A stretch of 64,000 nucleotides of DNA from Acidobacteriota bacterium (GCA_033549365.1 JAWSUF010000002.1:286082-350081), one strand, 5' to 3'. Positions 26,308 through 36,273 are shown, counted from the stretch's first letter. Numbers and translations are program-made. The notes: generated by a model from the letters alone, not told the origin.

Positions 26308-27194
26308 AAGAACTTGAAAGAGCGTCCCTGTCCCCGACCAAGGATTTGGATCCCAGCCACCATCCCATGGACGACTACCTGCGGATGGACCGGATGCCTC
26401 ACATCTGGTGTCCGACCTGCGGCATCGGGGTCAGCGTCAACTGTTTCGCCAAAGCCATCGAAAAGGCCCGGATTCCCCTGGACGACATCACCGTCGTTTC
26501 GGGAATCGGCTGCACGGGACGGGTGGCCGGCTACATGAAAGTCGATTCCTTCCACACGACCCACGGCCGGGCCATTCCGTTCGCCACCGGGCTGAAGCTG
26601 GCCAATCCCAAGCTCAAGGTCGTGGTGTTCAGCGGCGACGGCGATCTCATGGCCATCGGCGGCAACCATTTCATCAGCGCCGCCCGGCGGAACATCGACA
26701 TCACGGTCATCTGCGTCAACAACTTCAACTACGCCATGACCGGCGGACAATTGGCCTCGACCACGCCCGAAGGTTCCGTGCTGTCGACATCGCCTTTTGG
26801 GAATTTCGAGGCTCCCTTCAATCTTCCTTTCCTGGCCGAGTCCGTCGGCGCGGTCTATGTGGCCCGCTGGACGTCGCTCCACATTTATAATCAGACCGTT
26901 GCCATGGTCGAGGCCTTGAAAAAGCCCGGGTTCACCTTCATTGAAATCCTGGCCCCCTGCCCGACCATTTTCGAGCGGCAGCAGAAGTTCGGCGACGGGC
27001 TCGATCGCCTGCGCTGGTACTGCGACAACAGCATCATCCGCCACGGCGCCGATACCCACGACGTCGACATCAAGCTCCACGATCCGGTCATCGTCGGCAA
27101 GTTCGTCGACAAGGAGCGGCCGACTTACCTGGACAGCATGAACACGCATTTCCGGAAGCGTTTCGGCGACCGGTATAAGGATTATGAGGGATAA
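26295..27194 (+). CDS. korB: 2-oxoacid:ferredoxin oxidoreductase beta subunit (TPP-binding)
   Basis: TPP motif FSGDGDLMAIGGNHF...CVNN and a CPTCG Cys cluster. Confidence 0.85.
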   Translation: MSVLKELERASLSPTKDLDPSHHPMDDYLRMDRMPHIWCPTCGIGVSVNCFAKAIEKARIPLDDITVVSGIGCTGRVAGYMKVDSFHTTHGRAIPFATGLKLANPKLKVVVFSGDGDLMAIGGNHFISAARRNIDITVICVNNFNYAMTGGQLASTTPEGSVLSTSPFGNFEAPFNLPFLAESVGAVYVARWTSLHIYNQTVAMVEALKKPGFTFIEILAPCPTIFERQQKFGDGLDRLRWYCDNSIIRHGADTHDVDIKLHDPVIVGKFVDKERPTYLDSMNTHFRKRFGDRYKDYEG

Positions 27195-27744
27195 GATGGC
27201 ACGCACAGAAATCAGAATCGGCGGATTCGGCGGACAGGGCGTCATCCTGACCGGGTATGTCATCGGCAAGGCGGCGGCGATTTTCGACAAGAAAAACGCC
27301 ACCATGACCCAGTCCTTCGGCCCGGAAGCCCGGGGCAGCGCCTGCAGTTCCCAGGTCATCCTCTCGGACCAGGCCATTCTCTATCCCTATATCAAGACGC
27401 CTCAGGTCATGGTTTTCATGAGCCAGGAAGCCTTCACGAAATATTCACCCTCGATTGATCCGAACGGAATGGCGCTCATCGAGGAGGATCTGGTTGATGT
27501 CAAGGGATTGCCCCCGACGGTCAAGGTCTTCGGTATCCCGGCCACCCGGATCGCCGAGGAATTGGGACGGAAGGTCGTTCTCAATATGGTCGTGACGGGT
27601 TTCTTCACGGCGGTTACGGGACTTGTCTCGAAGGAGGCCATGCGGAAAGCCATCGAAACGTCGGTTCCCAAGGGAACCGAGGGATTGAACCTGATGGCTT
27701 TCGAAAAAGGCTACGAATACGGGCTTCAAAAAAAGAGCGCGTAA
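27184..27744 (+). CDS. korC: 2-oxoacid:ferredoxin oxidoreductase gamma subunit
   Basis: IRIGGFGGQGVILTG N-terminal motif. The start is M at 27184 or 27196. Confidence 0.8.
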   Translation: MRDKMARTEIRIGGFGGQGVILTGYVIGKAAAIFDKKNATMTQSFGPEARGSACSSQVILSDQAILYPYIKTPQVMVFMSQEAFTKYSPSIDPNGMALIEEDLVDVKGLPPTVKVFGIPATRIAEELGRKVVLNMVVTGFFTAVTGLVSKEAMRKAIETSVPKGTEGLNLMAFEKGYEYGLQKKSA

Positions 27745-27879
27745 CCCGGATTCGGTAAACCGAAAGAGCTTTGTGGACAACGCTGGAATCCCCCCGGTGA
27801 TCCGGGCGGGACATCCGGCCTCCCGGGGGTCCGAATGATTGGGAATTCTCCCGGGGGAGGCAACATATTGCAGGAGGGA

Positions 27880-29496
27880 ATGACAATGGCCGAATTTTCT
27901 TATCAACCGATGTTTCCGCTCGGTCCCGACACGACCGAATACAGGGAGTTGACAAGGGATCACGTTTCGAGATCCGTCTTCGAAGGCCGGGAGATAATCA
28001 TGGTTGCCCCGGAAGCCCTGACGATTGTAGCCGAGAATGCCTATCGTGATGCGGGCTTCCTTCTTCGAACCTCCCATCTTGAGCAACTTGCCGCGATCCT
28101 CAAGGATCCGGAGAGTTCCGACAACGACAAGTTTGTGGCCCTCGATCTTATCAAGAACGCCGTGATTTCGGCCGAAGGCCTCTTTCCCATGTGCCAGGAT
28201 ACGGGAACGGCCGTGATCATGGGGAAGAAGGGCCAGCAGATCTGGACGGGCGGCGGAGACGAGGAAGCCCTGTCCCGGGGTGTTTTCAACGCCTACACAA
28301 AAAACTATTTCCGATATTCGCAGAACGCGCCGATCACGATGTACGATGAGAAAAACACGGGATGCAACCTGCCCGCCCAGATCGACATCGCGGCCGTCGA
28401 TGGCGATGCCTACAAGTTCCTGTTCGTCGCTAAGGGCGGCGGTTCGTCCAATAAGACGTATCTCTTCCAGGAAAGCAAGGCCGTTCTCAATCCGAAAGCC
28501 CTGGTCAAATATCTGATCGGCAAGATGCGGGCCATTGGCACCGCGGCCTGCCCGCCGTATCACATCGGCATCGTCGTTGGGGGCACCTCGCCCGAACTCG
28601 TCCTCAAAACCGTGAAACTGGCCTCGGCCCGCGATCTGGACGGATTGCCGGCCGCGGGCGGACCGGGCGGACACGCTTTCCGGGACATCGCCCTCGAAAA
28701 GGAGCTCCTTGAAGCCGCGTACAAGCTGGGCCTCGGCGCCCAGTTCGGGGGGAAGTATTTCGCCCTGGACATCCGCGTCGTCCGCATGCCGCGCCACGGC
28801 GCTTCCTGCCCGATCGGACTCGGCGTCAGCTGCAATGCCGACCGGAACATCAAGGCCAAAATCACCCGCGACGGGGTTTACCTCGAGAAGCTGGAAACCG
28901 ATCCGGCCCGCTTCCTGCCGGAGCCGGAAGGAGACGCCGCCGAGGCCGTGAAGATCGATCTCAACCGGCCCATGAGCGAAATCCGGGCGACTCTGAGCCG
29001 ATATCCCGTAGCCACGCTGCTCTCGCTCAGCGGACCGATCGTCGTCGCCCGCGACATCGCCCACGCCCGTCTGAAGGAACTCGTCGACAAGGGCGAGGAC
29101 CTGCCGGCTTTTTTCAAGGACCATATGGTCTACTACGCCGGACCGGCCAAGACGCCGCCCGGCTACGCATCGGGCTCTCTCGGACCGACAACGGCCGGCC
29201 GCATGGACGACTATGTGCCGATCTTTCAGAAAATGGGCGGATCGATGGTCATGCTGGCCAAGGGCAACCGCTCCCGGGTCGTCACGGAATCCTGCCATGC
29301 CAACGGCGGATTCTACCTCGGCTCGATCGGCGGCCCGGCGGCCCGTCTGGCCAAGGACTGCATCACCAAGCAGGAAGTGCTGGCCTATCCCGAGCTCGGC
29401 ATGGAAGCGATTTTCAAAATCACGGTCGAGGATTTCCCAGCCTTCATCATCGTCGATGACAAGGGGAATGATTTTTACGCCCCCCTCATGACCTGA
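27880..29496 (+). CDS. Class I (Fe-S, oxygen-sensitive) fumarate hydratase, fused alpha-beta form
   Basis: CQDTGTAVI Fe-S hydro-lyase motif. Length about 540 aa from MTMAEFSYQ. Confidence 0.85.
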   Translation: MTMAEFSYQPMFPLGPDTTEYRELTRDHVSRSVFEGREIIMVAPEALTIVAENAYRDAGFLLRTSHLEQLAAILKDPESSDNDKFVALDLIKNAVISAEGLFPMCQDTGTAVIMGKKGQQIWTGGGDEEALSRGVFNAYTKNYFRYSQNAPITMYDEKNTGCNLPAQIDIAAVDGDAYKFLFVAKGGGSSNKTYLFQESKAVLNPKALVKYLIGKMRAIGTAACPPYHIGIVVGGTSPELVLKTVKLASARDLDGLPAAGGPGGHAFRDIALEKELLEAAYKLGLGAQFGGKYFALDIRVVRMPRHGASCPIGLGVSCNADRNIKAKITRDGVYLEKLETDPARFLPEPEGDAAEAVKIDLNRPMSEIRATLSRYPVATLLSLSGPIVVARDIAHARLKELVDKGEDLPAFFKDHMVYYAGPAKTPPGYASGSLGPTTAGRMDDYVPIFQKMGGSMVMLAKGNRSRVVTESCHANGGFYLGSIGGPAARLAKDCITKQEVLAYPELGMEAIFKITVEDFPAFIIVDDKGNDFYAPLMT

Positions 29497-29518
29497 CCTC
29501 TCCGGGGCTGTGCGTCTT

Positions 29519-29553
29519 AACGCCAATTTTTTCTCCTTTTCCAATTCGGCGTT
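29519..29553. terminator. Putative intrinsic terminator hairpin downstream of fumarase
   Basis: AACGCCAATT (29519-29528) / AATTCGGCGTT (29543-29553) around a T-rich loop. It lies between convergent genes. Confidence 0.35.
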
Positions 29554-29564
29554 ATGACCCTTCG

Positions 29565-29598
29565 GGCGTGCCGATATCACCATTCCGGCTGAGTCGCA
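29565..29598 (+). repeat. Copy B of the 34-nt conserved intergenic element (ggcgtgccgatatcaccattccggctgagtcgca)
   Basis: 32 of 34 nt match 9717-9750. The orientation and context are the same: it follows a terminator-like hairpin between convergent genes. Confidence 0.5.
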
Positions 29599-29729
29599 CC
29601 TTTCGGTATCCCGCAAGGAGGATTCCGCGAAAATCCGCTTCAGGCGGAGACGATGAAAAGCAGAACGACGATCAGAATCATCAGGACGGCCCAAACCAGT
29701 TTGGCCATGGCCTGAACTCCTTTCAGGGT

Positions 29730-30449
29730 TCAAAACTCCCTGCGATCGTAGAGACGCATGGAGATTCCGATCGAGAAAAGGACGGGCACGCCGGCCGCGA
29801 GAACGACCAGAACGACGAAAAGCGGCGTTCCCACGGCGGATCGCAACGAAGAGATCAGCCCGATGAAGACGGCGCCGATGTCCTGATCCGTATTGATTTT
29901 AAAATCCGTGCTCCAGCCTGGCCGGATTGAGGTGTGAATCCGGTGAAGAGCGTAGAGAACCAGGTTGATTCCCAGAATTGTCGCTGAGAATAAGGCGCCG
30001 CCGCGACCCAGCCCGAATCCGAGGTAGAACGGAAGGAAAAGGGCGACCAGGACCGCGACGACGAAGACGTAACCGGCGGCGCCGTCGATCGAGACCATGA
30101 TCCGCGGATCCATTCCAAACCGGTCGGGCGGAACGACCCGAGCGAGAATGAGGATGCCGAGGAAAACAATCACTCCGCAGGCCGCGGCGAGAAGTCCGGC
30201 CGTGAGGTATTTCGCGGCGACAACCTCGGAGCGGGAGACCGGAAGGCTGAGATAAAAACCCTCGGTCTTATGCTTGTCCTCAAGAACCGCGTTGACGACG
30301 AGTCCTCCGACGACGAGGGCCGCGCCCATCAGCATATAGGGCAGGCTTTCCCAACCCATGGGCGACGCCGCATAGAGAGAAAATACCAGGAGCATGAGAA
30401 GCCACGGCCGGCGGCAGGCCAGAAAATCCTTCCCGCTGAGATTAAGCAT
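29730..30449 (-). CDS. ABC-2 type transporter permease
   Basis: 239 aa and six predicted TM helices. It is the last gene of the YtrA-type operon. Confidence 0.6.
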   Translation of the reverse strand: MLNLSGKDFLACRRPWLLMLLVFSLYAASPMGWESLPYMLMGAALVVGGLVVNAVLEDKHKTEGFYLSLPVSRSEVVAAKYLTAGLLAAACGVIVFLGILILARVVPPDRFGMDPRIMVSIDGAAGYVFVVAVLVALFLPFYLGFGLGRGGALFSATILGINLVLYALHRIHTSIRPGWSTDFKINTDQDIGAVFIGLISSLRSAVGTPLFVVLVVLAAGVPVLFSIGISMRLYDRREF

Positions 30450-31314
30450 CGGCTGTCTCCCGTGTCAGGTAAACCATGATGTCTTCGAGGGTCGCCTTTT
30501 CGATGACCGCGGCGGAACCCAGCCGCCGCCGGACTTCGGGGGCGTCGGCGGTCAGCGCCTGAACGACGAATTCCCGTTTCCGGACACCCGCGAACAACCT
30601 CCGGTTTTCCGCAGCCAGAAGCTCCGGACCGCCTTTGACGACGGCGTAGCGGTTGAGGATATCGTCCTTGGCGGCCGAAAAAACAATCGCGCCGTCTTTC
30701 AGAAAGGTCACGTAATCGGCTGTCCGTTCGAGGTCGGACGTGATGTGCGTCGAAAATAAAACGGATTTGCCCTCGTCCTGGAGAAAGCCGGACAGACGAC
30801 TCAGGAGATCGCGCCGGAAGACCGGATCCAGCCCTGAGGTCGGTTCGTCAAGAATGAGAAGGTCGGCATTGTGGGCGAGGGCCAGGGCCAGGCTGAATTT
30901 CATTTTCATGCCGCGCGAAAGCCGGAAGAATTTTTGGCTCGGGGGCAGGTCGAATTCCTCTAGGAGCCGACAGAAGGCCCCTTCCTCCCAGTCCGGATAA
31001 AACGGCGCCACGGTGTCCGCGATCCTGCGCAGCGTCAGATATTCGAAAAAATGCGGCGTGTCGTGAACGAAGCCGATGCGGCGCTTGGCCGCGATTTCAT
31101 TCTTCGGGATGTCGAGTCCGAAAATCCGGATTCCGCCGCTCTCCCGGTGCACAAGATTCAGGAGGAGCTTGATGACCGTCGTCTTGCCGGCGCCGTTCGG
31201 GCCGATGAGTCCCATGATCGTACCCCGGGGAAGGGCCAAGGACACGTCGCGGAGACGGAAATCCCCGTAGCTTTTAGACAAGCGGTCGATTTCGAGGGCA
31301 TAGAGCGCTTTCAT
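30442..31314 (-). CDS. ABC transporter ATP-binding protein
   Basis: Walker A GPNGAGKTT, signature-like LSRGMKMK, Walker B LILDEPTSGLD. The start is M at 31314. Confidence 0.85.
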   Translation of the reverse strand: MKALYALEIDRLSKSYGDFRLRDVSLALPRGTIMGLIGPNGAGKTTVIKLLLNLVHRESGGIRIFGLDIPKNEIAAKRRIGFVHDTPHFFEYLTLRRIADTVAPFYPDWEEGAFCRLLEEFDLPPSQKFFRLSRGMKMKFSLALALAHNADLLILDEPTSGLDPVFRRDLLSRLSGFLQDEGKSVLFSTHITSDLERTADYVTFLKDGAIVFSAAKDDILNRYAVVKGGPELLAAENRRLFAGVRKREFVVQALTADAPEVRRRLGSAAVIEKATLEDIMVYLTRETADA

Positions 31315-31976
31315 CAGAAATCCTTCCGCTTGAAGAGAAACGAAGAAAGCTCGAACGAAGCCCAATTGGCGGCGAAAAGAACACCCAGAACGATCGCCGC
31401 GGCGGCCGGGCCCCAGGCGTCCAGGGCGGCCGCAACGGCACGCCAGGGCAAGCCGATGACGGCCTTCAGGTTTTGGAAACTGACCCGGAAGAGCATGGCG
31501 CCGACGCCGAGAACCTGCAGACCGATGAGAAAGACCAGGATTCCGGCCAGGCCGAACTGAACGGTCAGGGGCATAAGGACGCCGAGAACGGCCGTCATGT
31601 AAGACAGAAGGGCCAGGAGCGCCGCCGGCCCGATCAAGTCGGATGCGCCGAGCTTGCCGGCGGGGATGAGGAGCGCGACGGCCGCGCTCAGGATTCCGAG
31701 CCCGGTCATGAGAGACCAGCTCGTCAGATAACGGCCCAGAATGATCTGTCTCCGAGTCGCCGGCAGGCCGAGGTTCCAGCCGACGGCCTTGAACTTGTCC
31801 TCCCGTGTGTAGAGGATGACGGCGACGAAGACGAACATGACGGCTGCGAAAAAGGGATAGATGCGGGGATTGCTGAGGCTCGATCCGAACCAGCCGATGT
31901 AGATCGGATAGAGGGCGCCCAGGAACATGACCGTTTTTCTGTGAAGGCGGAGGTCTTTAAGGATGAATATCAACAT
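31314..31976 (-). CDS. ABC-2 type transporter permease (second)
   Basis: 220 aa and multi-TM. Confidence 0.6.
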   Translation of the reverse strand: MLIFILKDLRLHRKTVMFLGALYPIYIGWFGSSLSNPRIYPFFAAVMFVFVAVILYTREDKFKAVGWNLGLPATRRQIILGRYLTSWSLMTGLGILSAAVALLIPAGKLGASDLIGPAALLALLSYMTAVLGVLMPLTVQFGLAGILVFLIGLQVLGVGAMLFRVSFQNLKAVIGLPWRAVAAALDAWGPAAAAIVLGVLFAANWASFELSSFLFKRKDF

Positions 31977-32835
31977 GGGATTCTCCCGAGTCCATGAAGA
32001 CCATGATATCTTCGATGGAGGCTCTGTCGATGACGATTCCGGCGGGAAAAGCCGCGCGGACGGCCGGGATATCCGAAGTCAGGGCTTCAACGCCGTAGGG
32101 ATTTCGGCGGAGGCTTCGGAACAGACCGGCTCGGTCGCCGTTTTCCAGCTCGGTTCCGCCCTTGACGACGGCCCAGACGTCACGAATTCCGTCTTTGGGG
32201 AGGGAAAAGACAAGCTTTCCGCGGCTGATGAAAGTGATGATATCGGCCGTACTTTCCAGGTCCGAGGTGATGTGAGTCGAGAAGAGGACGGATTTCCGCT
32301 CGTCCTGGATGACATCCGAGAGGCGCTCGAGGAGCTCCCTTCGGAAAACGGGATCCAGACCCGAGGTCGGTTCGTCCAGAATGAGAAGATCGGCGTCGTG
32401 GCAGAGAGCCAGGGCGAGCTGGAACTTCATTTTCTGGCCGTGGGACAGAGTTTTGAACTTCTTGTTCAGCATCAGCCCGAAATCGGCGGCCAGGGATGAA
32501 AATCGGAGATCGTCCCACTTCGGATAAAACGGTGCGACGGCCGCCTTGATGTCGCGGAGAAGCGCATCTTCGACCAGAGTCGGGGTTTCCTGAACAAACC
32601 CGATTCTCCGTTTGATCTCGGCTTCATGCCGGGGGACGTCGAGTCCGAAGACCCTTATCGCACCTTCCGAGGGGCGGATCATGCCCAGAATGAGCTTGAT
32701 GATCGTTGTCTTGCCCGCCCCATTGGGCCCGACAAGGCCCATGATCGTTCCCGGTTCGAGCGCGAACGAGACATTTTGGAGAGCGAAGTTCTTGTAGGTC
32801 TTATGCAGGCCCCGGATTTCAAGTGCGGGTATCAT
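31957..32835 (-). CDS. ABC transporter ATP-binding protein (second)
   Basis: Walker A GPNGAGKTT, signature LSHGQKMK, Walker B LILDEPTSGLD. Confidence 0.85.
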   Translation of the reverse strand: MIPALEIRGLHKTYKNFALQNVSFALEPGTIMGLVGPNGAGKTTIIKLILGMIRPSEGAIRVFGLDVPRHEAEIKRRIGFVQETPTLVEDALLRDIKAAVAPFYPKWDDLRFSSLAADFGLMLNKKFKTLSHGQKMKFQLALALCHDADLLILDEPTSGLDPVFRRELLERLSDVIQDERKSVLFSTHITSDLESTADIITFISRGKLVFSLPKDGIRDVWAVVKGGTELENGDRAGLFRSLRRNPYGVEALTSDIPAVRAAFPAGIVIDRASIEDIMVFMDSGESHVDIHP

Positions 32836-33212
32836 GAGTTTTCCTCCTGATAGAGAAGCAGAAGCATGTTTTGAATCTGATTGAGATCGATGCCGAGAAG
32901 ACGGGCTTCGGAGACGGCCTCGGCCAGCTTGTCCTCGACGATTTTCATCTTTTTTTCGCGGAGGAGTTCCTGGTTTTGAACGGCGACGAAGGTGCCCTTG
33001 CCGCCGACCGTGTTGATGAAGCCCTCGCGTTCGAGCTCGTCGTAGGCCCGCTTTGTCGTAATGACGCTGATCTGGAGATCCTGAGCCAGACGGCGGATGG
33101 AGGGAAGAGCCTCGCCTTCGGAGAGATCTCCCGAGAGGATCTGGGCCTTGATCTGGCGGGAGATCTGTTCATAGATTGGGTCGGGGGAGGCATTAGAGAT
33201 GATAATTTTCAT
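32832..33212 (-). CDS. GntR-family (YtrA subfamily) transcriptional regulator
   Basis: 126 aa with a winged HTH (LPSIRRLAQDLQISVITTKRAYDELEREGFI) and a short C-terminal dimerisation helix. It heads the double ABC operon. Confidence 0.8.
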   Translation of the reverse strand: MKIIISNASPDPIYEQISRQIKAQILSGDLSEGEALPSIRRLAQDLQISVITTKRAYDELEREGFINTVGGKGTFVAVQNQELLREKKMKIVEDKLAEAVSEARLLGIDLNQIQNMLLLLYQEENS

Positions 33213-33248
33213 GCGCTTCGATCCTCAAAAAATGTCTATAGAGGACAT

Positions 33249-33298
33249 AGTGTATATACCATACATAAACACTATAATTATAAAATCGTTCTTGTCAA
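33249..33298 (-). promoter_or_regulatory. Putative promoter plus inverted-repeat operator of the GntR/ABC operon
   Basis: Minus strand: -35 TTGACA (33298-33293), 16-nt spacer, -10 TATAGT (33276-33271). The inverted repeat AGTGTATAT (33249-33257) / ATAAACACT (33265-33273) overlaps the -10/+1 region. Confidence 0.4.
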
Positions 33299-33540
33299 GA
33301 ACTTTTTTCGAAAGGGCGAAAAAACTGAAGAGCCTGGGGTTCTCAGGTCGAGGTCATGCGCAGAGTCGTCGAGATTGCCGCTCCAACTAGGAAGCGGCTC
33401 CCGAGGCGTCGTTGAACGACGTCGAGCGGGCTGCAGTGCGGTTGGAATCTGTCGAGCGGCATGCCCGTAGGTTTAGAGAACCGGAAATAAGCGAAGAAGA
33501 CAGCACCCGGCCTGTTTTTCGATCCCGGGTGAGAGTCTGA

Positions 33541-33726
33541 TTAGAGATTGGCGAGGAACGCAAGAAATCCGTGAGCTGAGGCGAAAAACAGCAGCGCCAA
33601 GCCCGTTTTTTTGTGAATGCCGATCTTGACCTTGATGTATCTGAACCCGGAGGCAATCTGAAACAGGATAAGCAGAAAATTGACGATGCCGAGAATCCAT
33701 ATGATGGAAATGCCGCCGATGGTCAT
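33541..33726 (-). CDS. Hypothetical small membrane protein (two TM helices)
   Basis: 61 aa and hydrophobic. Low confidence. It lies in the low-GC islet. Confidence 0.3.
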   Translation of the reverse strand: MTIGGISIIWILGIVNFLLILFQIASGFRYIKVKIGIHKKTGLALLFFASAHGFLAFLANL

Positions 33727-33747
33727 GTGCCGCCACCCTTGCGGAAA

Positions 33748-34113
33748 TTACTCGACCGTGATTTTCAACACGGCCGGTCCTTCGCTGCCGTGAATGCTGC
33801 AGTTGCCCTGGGCCGTGATTTCCACGGTCTTCTCGACCGTGTATTTGATTTCCCGGGTGAAGTTTTCGCTCTCCGGCCGCTCGGAGGATTTGAAATCCCA
33901 GCGGGCGATTTCCTCGCCGTCGGCCTTGACGACCGCCCAGTTCGTGTAATGGAAGGCGCTGTTTCCTCTGTGGGAAACCTTGACGGTCAGGGTGATTTCG
34001 GTCCCGGCGGCCGCGGACTCCGGACCATCCAGGGACACCGCAGTTCGGTTGGCGTAGGCCGAGGATGTTAACAACAAAAGCAGGCATAACATCGAAAGGA
34101 ATTGTTTCGGCAT
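33748..34113 (-). CDS. Hypothetical secreted/lipoprotein-like small protein
   Basis: The start MPKQFLSMLCLLLLLTSSAYA is a signal peptide. About 121 aa, predicted mainly beta structure. Confidence 0.45.
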   Translation of the reverse strand: MPKQFLSMLCLLLLLTSSAYANRTAVSLDGPESAAAGTEITLTVKVSHRGNSAFHYTNWAVVKADGEEIARWDFKSSERPESENFTREIKYTVEKTVEITAQGNCSIHGSEGPAVLKITVE

Positions 34114-34204
34114 ATTGATTTTTCTCCTGAAATCTGTGTCTTTTATCAGTATTTTATCAATAATGACCGCGGCGGTCAAAAAAAGATCGAGTTGCCGTCT
34201 GTTC

Positions 34205-34233
34205 TTGACATGTTATAAAACTAAACCTATACT
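34205..34233 (+). promoter_or_regulatory. Putative sigma70 promoter for the methyltransferase gene
   Basis: TTGACA (34205-34210), 17-nt spacer, TATACT (34228-34233). Confidence 0.4.
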
Positions 34234-34290
34234 GAAATTCCTCATTCGGCAACTCATGCAAGTCGAGATTTGGTTCGTTACAGGGGTTAA

Positions 34291-35424
34291 ATGAAAGGGG
34301 CGAACGCTTTTCCGGAGTCGGTTCGAGAGAAAACGGATATGGTGACATCTGCAGCCCGTGAGCAACAGACTCTGTGGGGAATGCCGACGTTTCCTCAGCG
34401 AGTGTCGGAATATCCCCAGCTGCGTTACATGGGAAGCAAACATCGGCTTCTTCCCTGGATTCATGAGATCCTTTGGGGTCTCAAGTTCGACTCGGCGCTG
34501 GACGCGTTTTCCGGCAGCGGGTGTGTGGCCTACTTGCTCAAAGCGATGGGCAAGAAAGTCATGGCCAATGACTTTCTGTCCTTCGCATCGATCATTGCAG
34601 AGGCTGCAGTGGCCAATTCGGATCAACGCCTTTCGAGTGAGCATATCGAAATTCTTACGGCCGATAAAGTCTCGCGGGACCGATTCATAGAAAAAACCTT
34701 CAGCGGGATCTTCTTCGAATCAGGAGATTTGCGATTCCTTGACAATGTCTGGGCAAACCTGCCCGCTCTGCCTTCGGGACGGCTCCGGGCGCTGGCTTTG
34801 GCAGCACTTATTCGTTCCTGTTTGAAACGTCAACCTAGAGGAGTTTTCACCGTAGCGGATCCTGAGCGGTATAAGGATGGAAGGCGTGACCTGACGCTGA
34901 CCTTGGAGGAGCATTTCGTTGAGTCGGTGAAAGCCTTTAATCGCGCGGTCTTCGATAGCGGCCGTCCTTGCCGGGCGACCCGACGGGACATCTTCGAGAT
35001 TGAACCCCTTGGCTATGATTTGGTTTATATGGATCCTCCCTATGTCCCGCGAGCCGATGACAACTGTTACATCAAACGCTATCACTTTCTGGAGGGTTTG
35101 GCGACCTACTGGAAAGCTGAGGATGCGGAAATCCTTGAGACTTCGAAAGTCAAGAAGATCAAGAAGCGCTTCACTCCTTTCTCTTATCGACGTACGGCTC
35201 TGGCGGCCTTCGACCGGATGTTTTCCCGTTTCGGCTCGAGCATCCTTGTCCTGTCCTATTCATCCAACGGTTATCCGGACCTTGAGACATTGGTCTCGCT
35301 TATGAGGCGTTATAAAAGCAGCGTCAGAGTCTTTGAAACGGATCATCGCTATCATTTTGGGACACATCGCAATGTGTCCCCCGATAGAGCCGCGGTTCGG
35401 GAATACCTCATCGTCGGAGTCTAA
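34291..35424 (+). CDS. Dam-like N6-adenine DNA methyltransferase (D12 class, alpha group)
   Basis: RYMGSKHRLLPWI (the SAM-binding motif I that starts with YMGSK) and catalytic DPPY (YMDPPYVP). The start is 34291, 34339 or 34381. Confidence 0.8.
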   Translation: MKGANAFPESVREKTDMVTSAAREQQTLWGMPTFPQRVSEYPQLRYMGSKHRLLPWIHEILWGLKFDSALDAFSGSGCVAYLLKAMGKKVMANDFLSFASIIAEAAVANSDQRLSSEHIEILTADKVSRDRFIEKTFSGIFFESGDLRFLDNVWANLPALPSGRLRALALAALIRSCLKRQPRGVFTVADPERYKDGRRDLTLTLEEHFVESVKAFNRAVFDSGRPCRATRRDIFEIEPLGYDLVYMDPPYVPRADDNCYIKRYHFLEGLATYWKAEDAEILETSKVKKIKKRFTPFSYRRTALAAFDRMFSRFGSSILVLSYSSNGYPDLETLVSLMRRYKSSVRVFETDHRYHFGTHRNVSPDRAAVREYLIVGV

Positions 35425-36273
35425 ATGCAACTCAGGAAGGTCACCCTTGAAGAAATTCTTGGAGAGATTGAAGAGCTTCCTTCCGACTGGATGGATGAGA
35501 AAGCCCGGGCTTTAGAGTCGCTTATCAAACTTTCACTCGGGCGCCTGCGGGGGTTAAATCGTCCGGTGATGGCGGATGATTTATTGGCAGAGCTGCGCAC
35601 GGACCCAAGGTTTCTTGAGATCTGCCGGCTCTTCCTTGGCAAAGGTCAAGAACCGGCCGCTCATGTCTTCTGCGAGGCTCTCGGAGTGCGCGTCTCGTGG
35701 ACGAAACTGCAAGCCATGGCGCGACAGGAACCGGAGCGGTTGACCAAGGCACTCGATTCGCTAAAATTTCCTGAGCTTATCCAGAGTCACCTCGAACGCC
35801 GGTGGCAGGCTGAAGATATCTTGATTGAGCGCTACAAGATGAGTCGCGGTCGTGCAATAGCAGGACAGCGGCGAGGCCGTAGTCTCGAGGATGATGTGGC
35901 CGCAGTATTGAAGGAACTGCGGATCCCCTTCGACCGGGGTGTCTCCTTCCTTGGGAAAAGGGGAGCAACGGCCAAATGCGATTTTGCCATACCCGGTCGC
36001 GATCGTCCAAAAGTCGTCATCGAGGCCAAAGGATTCGAAGCCACCGGGAGCAAGTTGACGGACTTTATCGGCGACATCCTGAAAATTGCCCAAGCCAAAG
36101 ACTTTCATATGTATTTCTTCCTGGTCACCGACGGTCGTGGATGGCACAACCGCGTCAGTGATCTGCGAAAAATCGTTGAGTTCCACGATGAGAATCTGAT
36201 TGATATGATCTATACAAGGGTTCGCCTTTCCGACCTGGCTGTCGTAATACGACACATCTGGGAAAATGAGTAG
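35425..36273 (+). CDS. Putative type II restriction endonuclease (PD-(D/E)xK fold, DpnII/MboI-like) partnered with the Dam-like MTase
   Basis: It abuts the MTase stop directly. It has a candidate catalytic core D...VVIEAKG. GC is lower than the window average. Family membership is an inference from context, motif and size (282 aa). Confidence 0.5.
   Translation: MQLRKVTLEEILGEIEELPSDWMDEKARALESLIKLSLGRLRGLNRPVMADDLLAELRTDPRFLEICRLFLGKGQEPAAHVFCEALGVRVSWTKLQAMARQEPERLTKALDSLKFPELIQSHLERRWQAEDILIERYKMSRGRAIAGQRRGRSLEDDVAAVLKELRIPFDRGVSFLGKRGATAKCDFAIPGRDRPKVVIEAKGFEATGSKLTDFIGDILKIAQAKDFHMYFFLVTDGRGWHNRVSDLRKIVEFHDENLIDMIYTRVRLSDLAVVIRHIWENE

Noticed and set aside
22247-29733. Minus-strand ORFs 22247-23104, 22986-24113, 25162-26292, 26304-27377, 27445-29733
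   Set aside because: They are antisense to the frdB/frdA-like, korA, korB and fumarase genes. None has recognisable domains.
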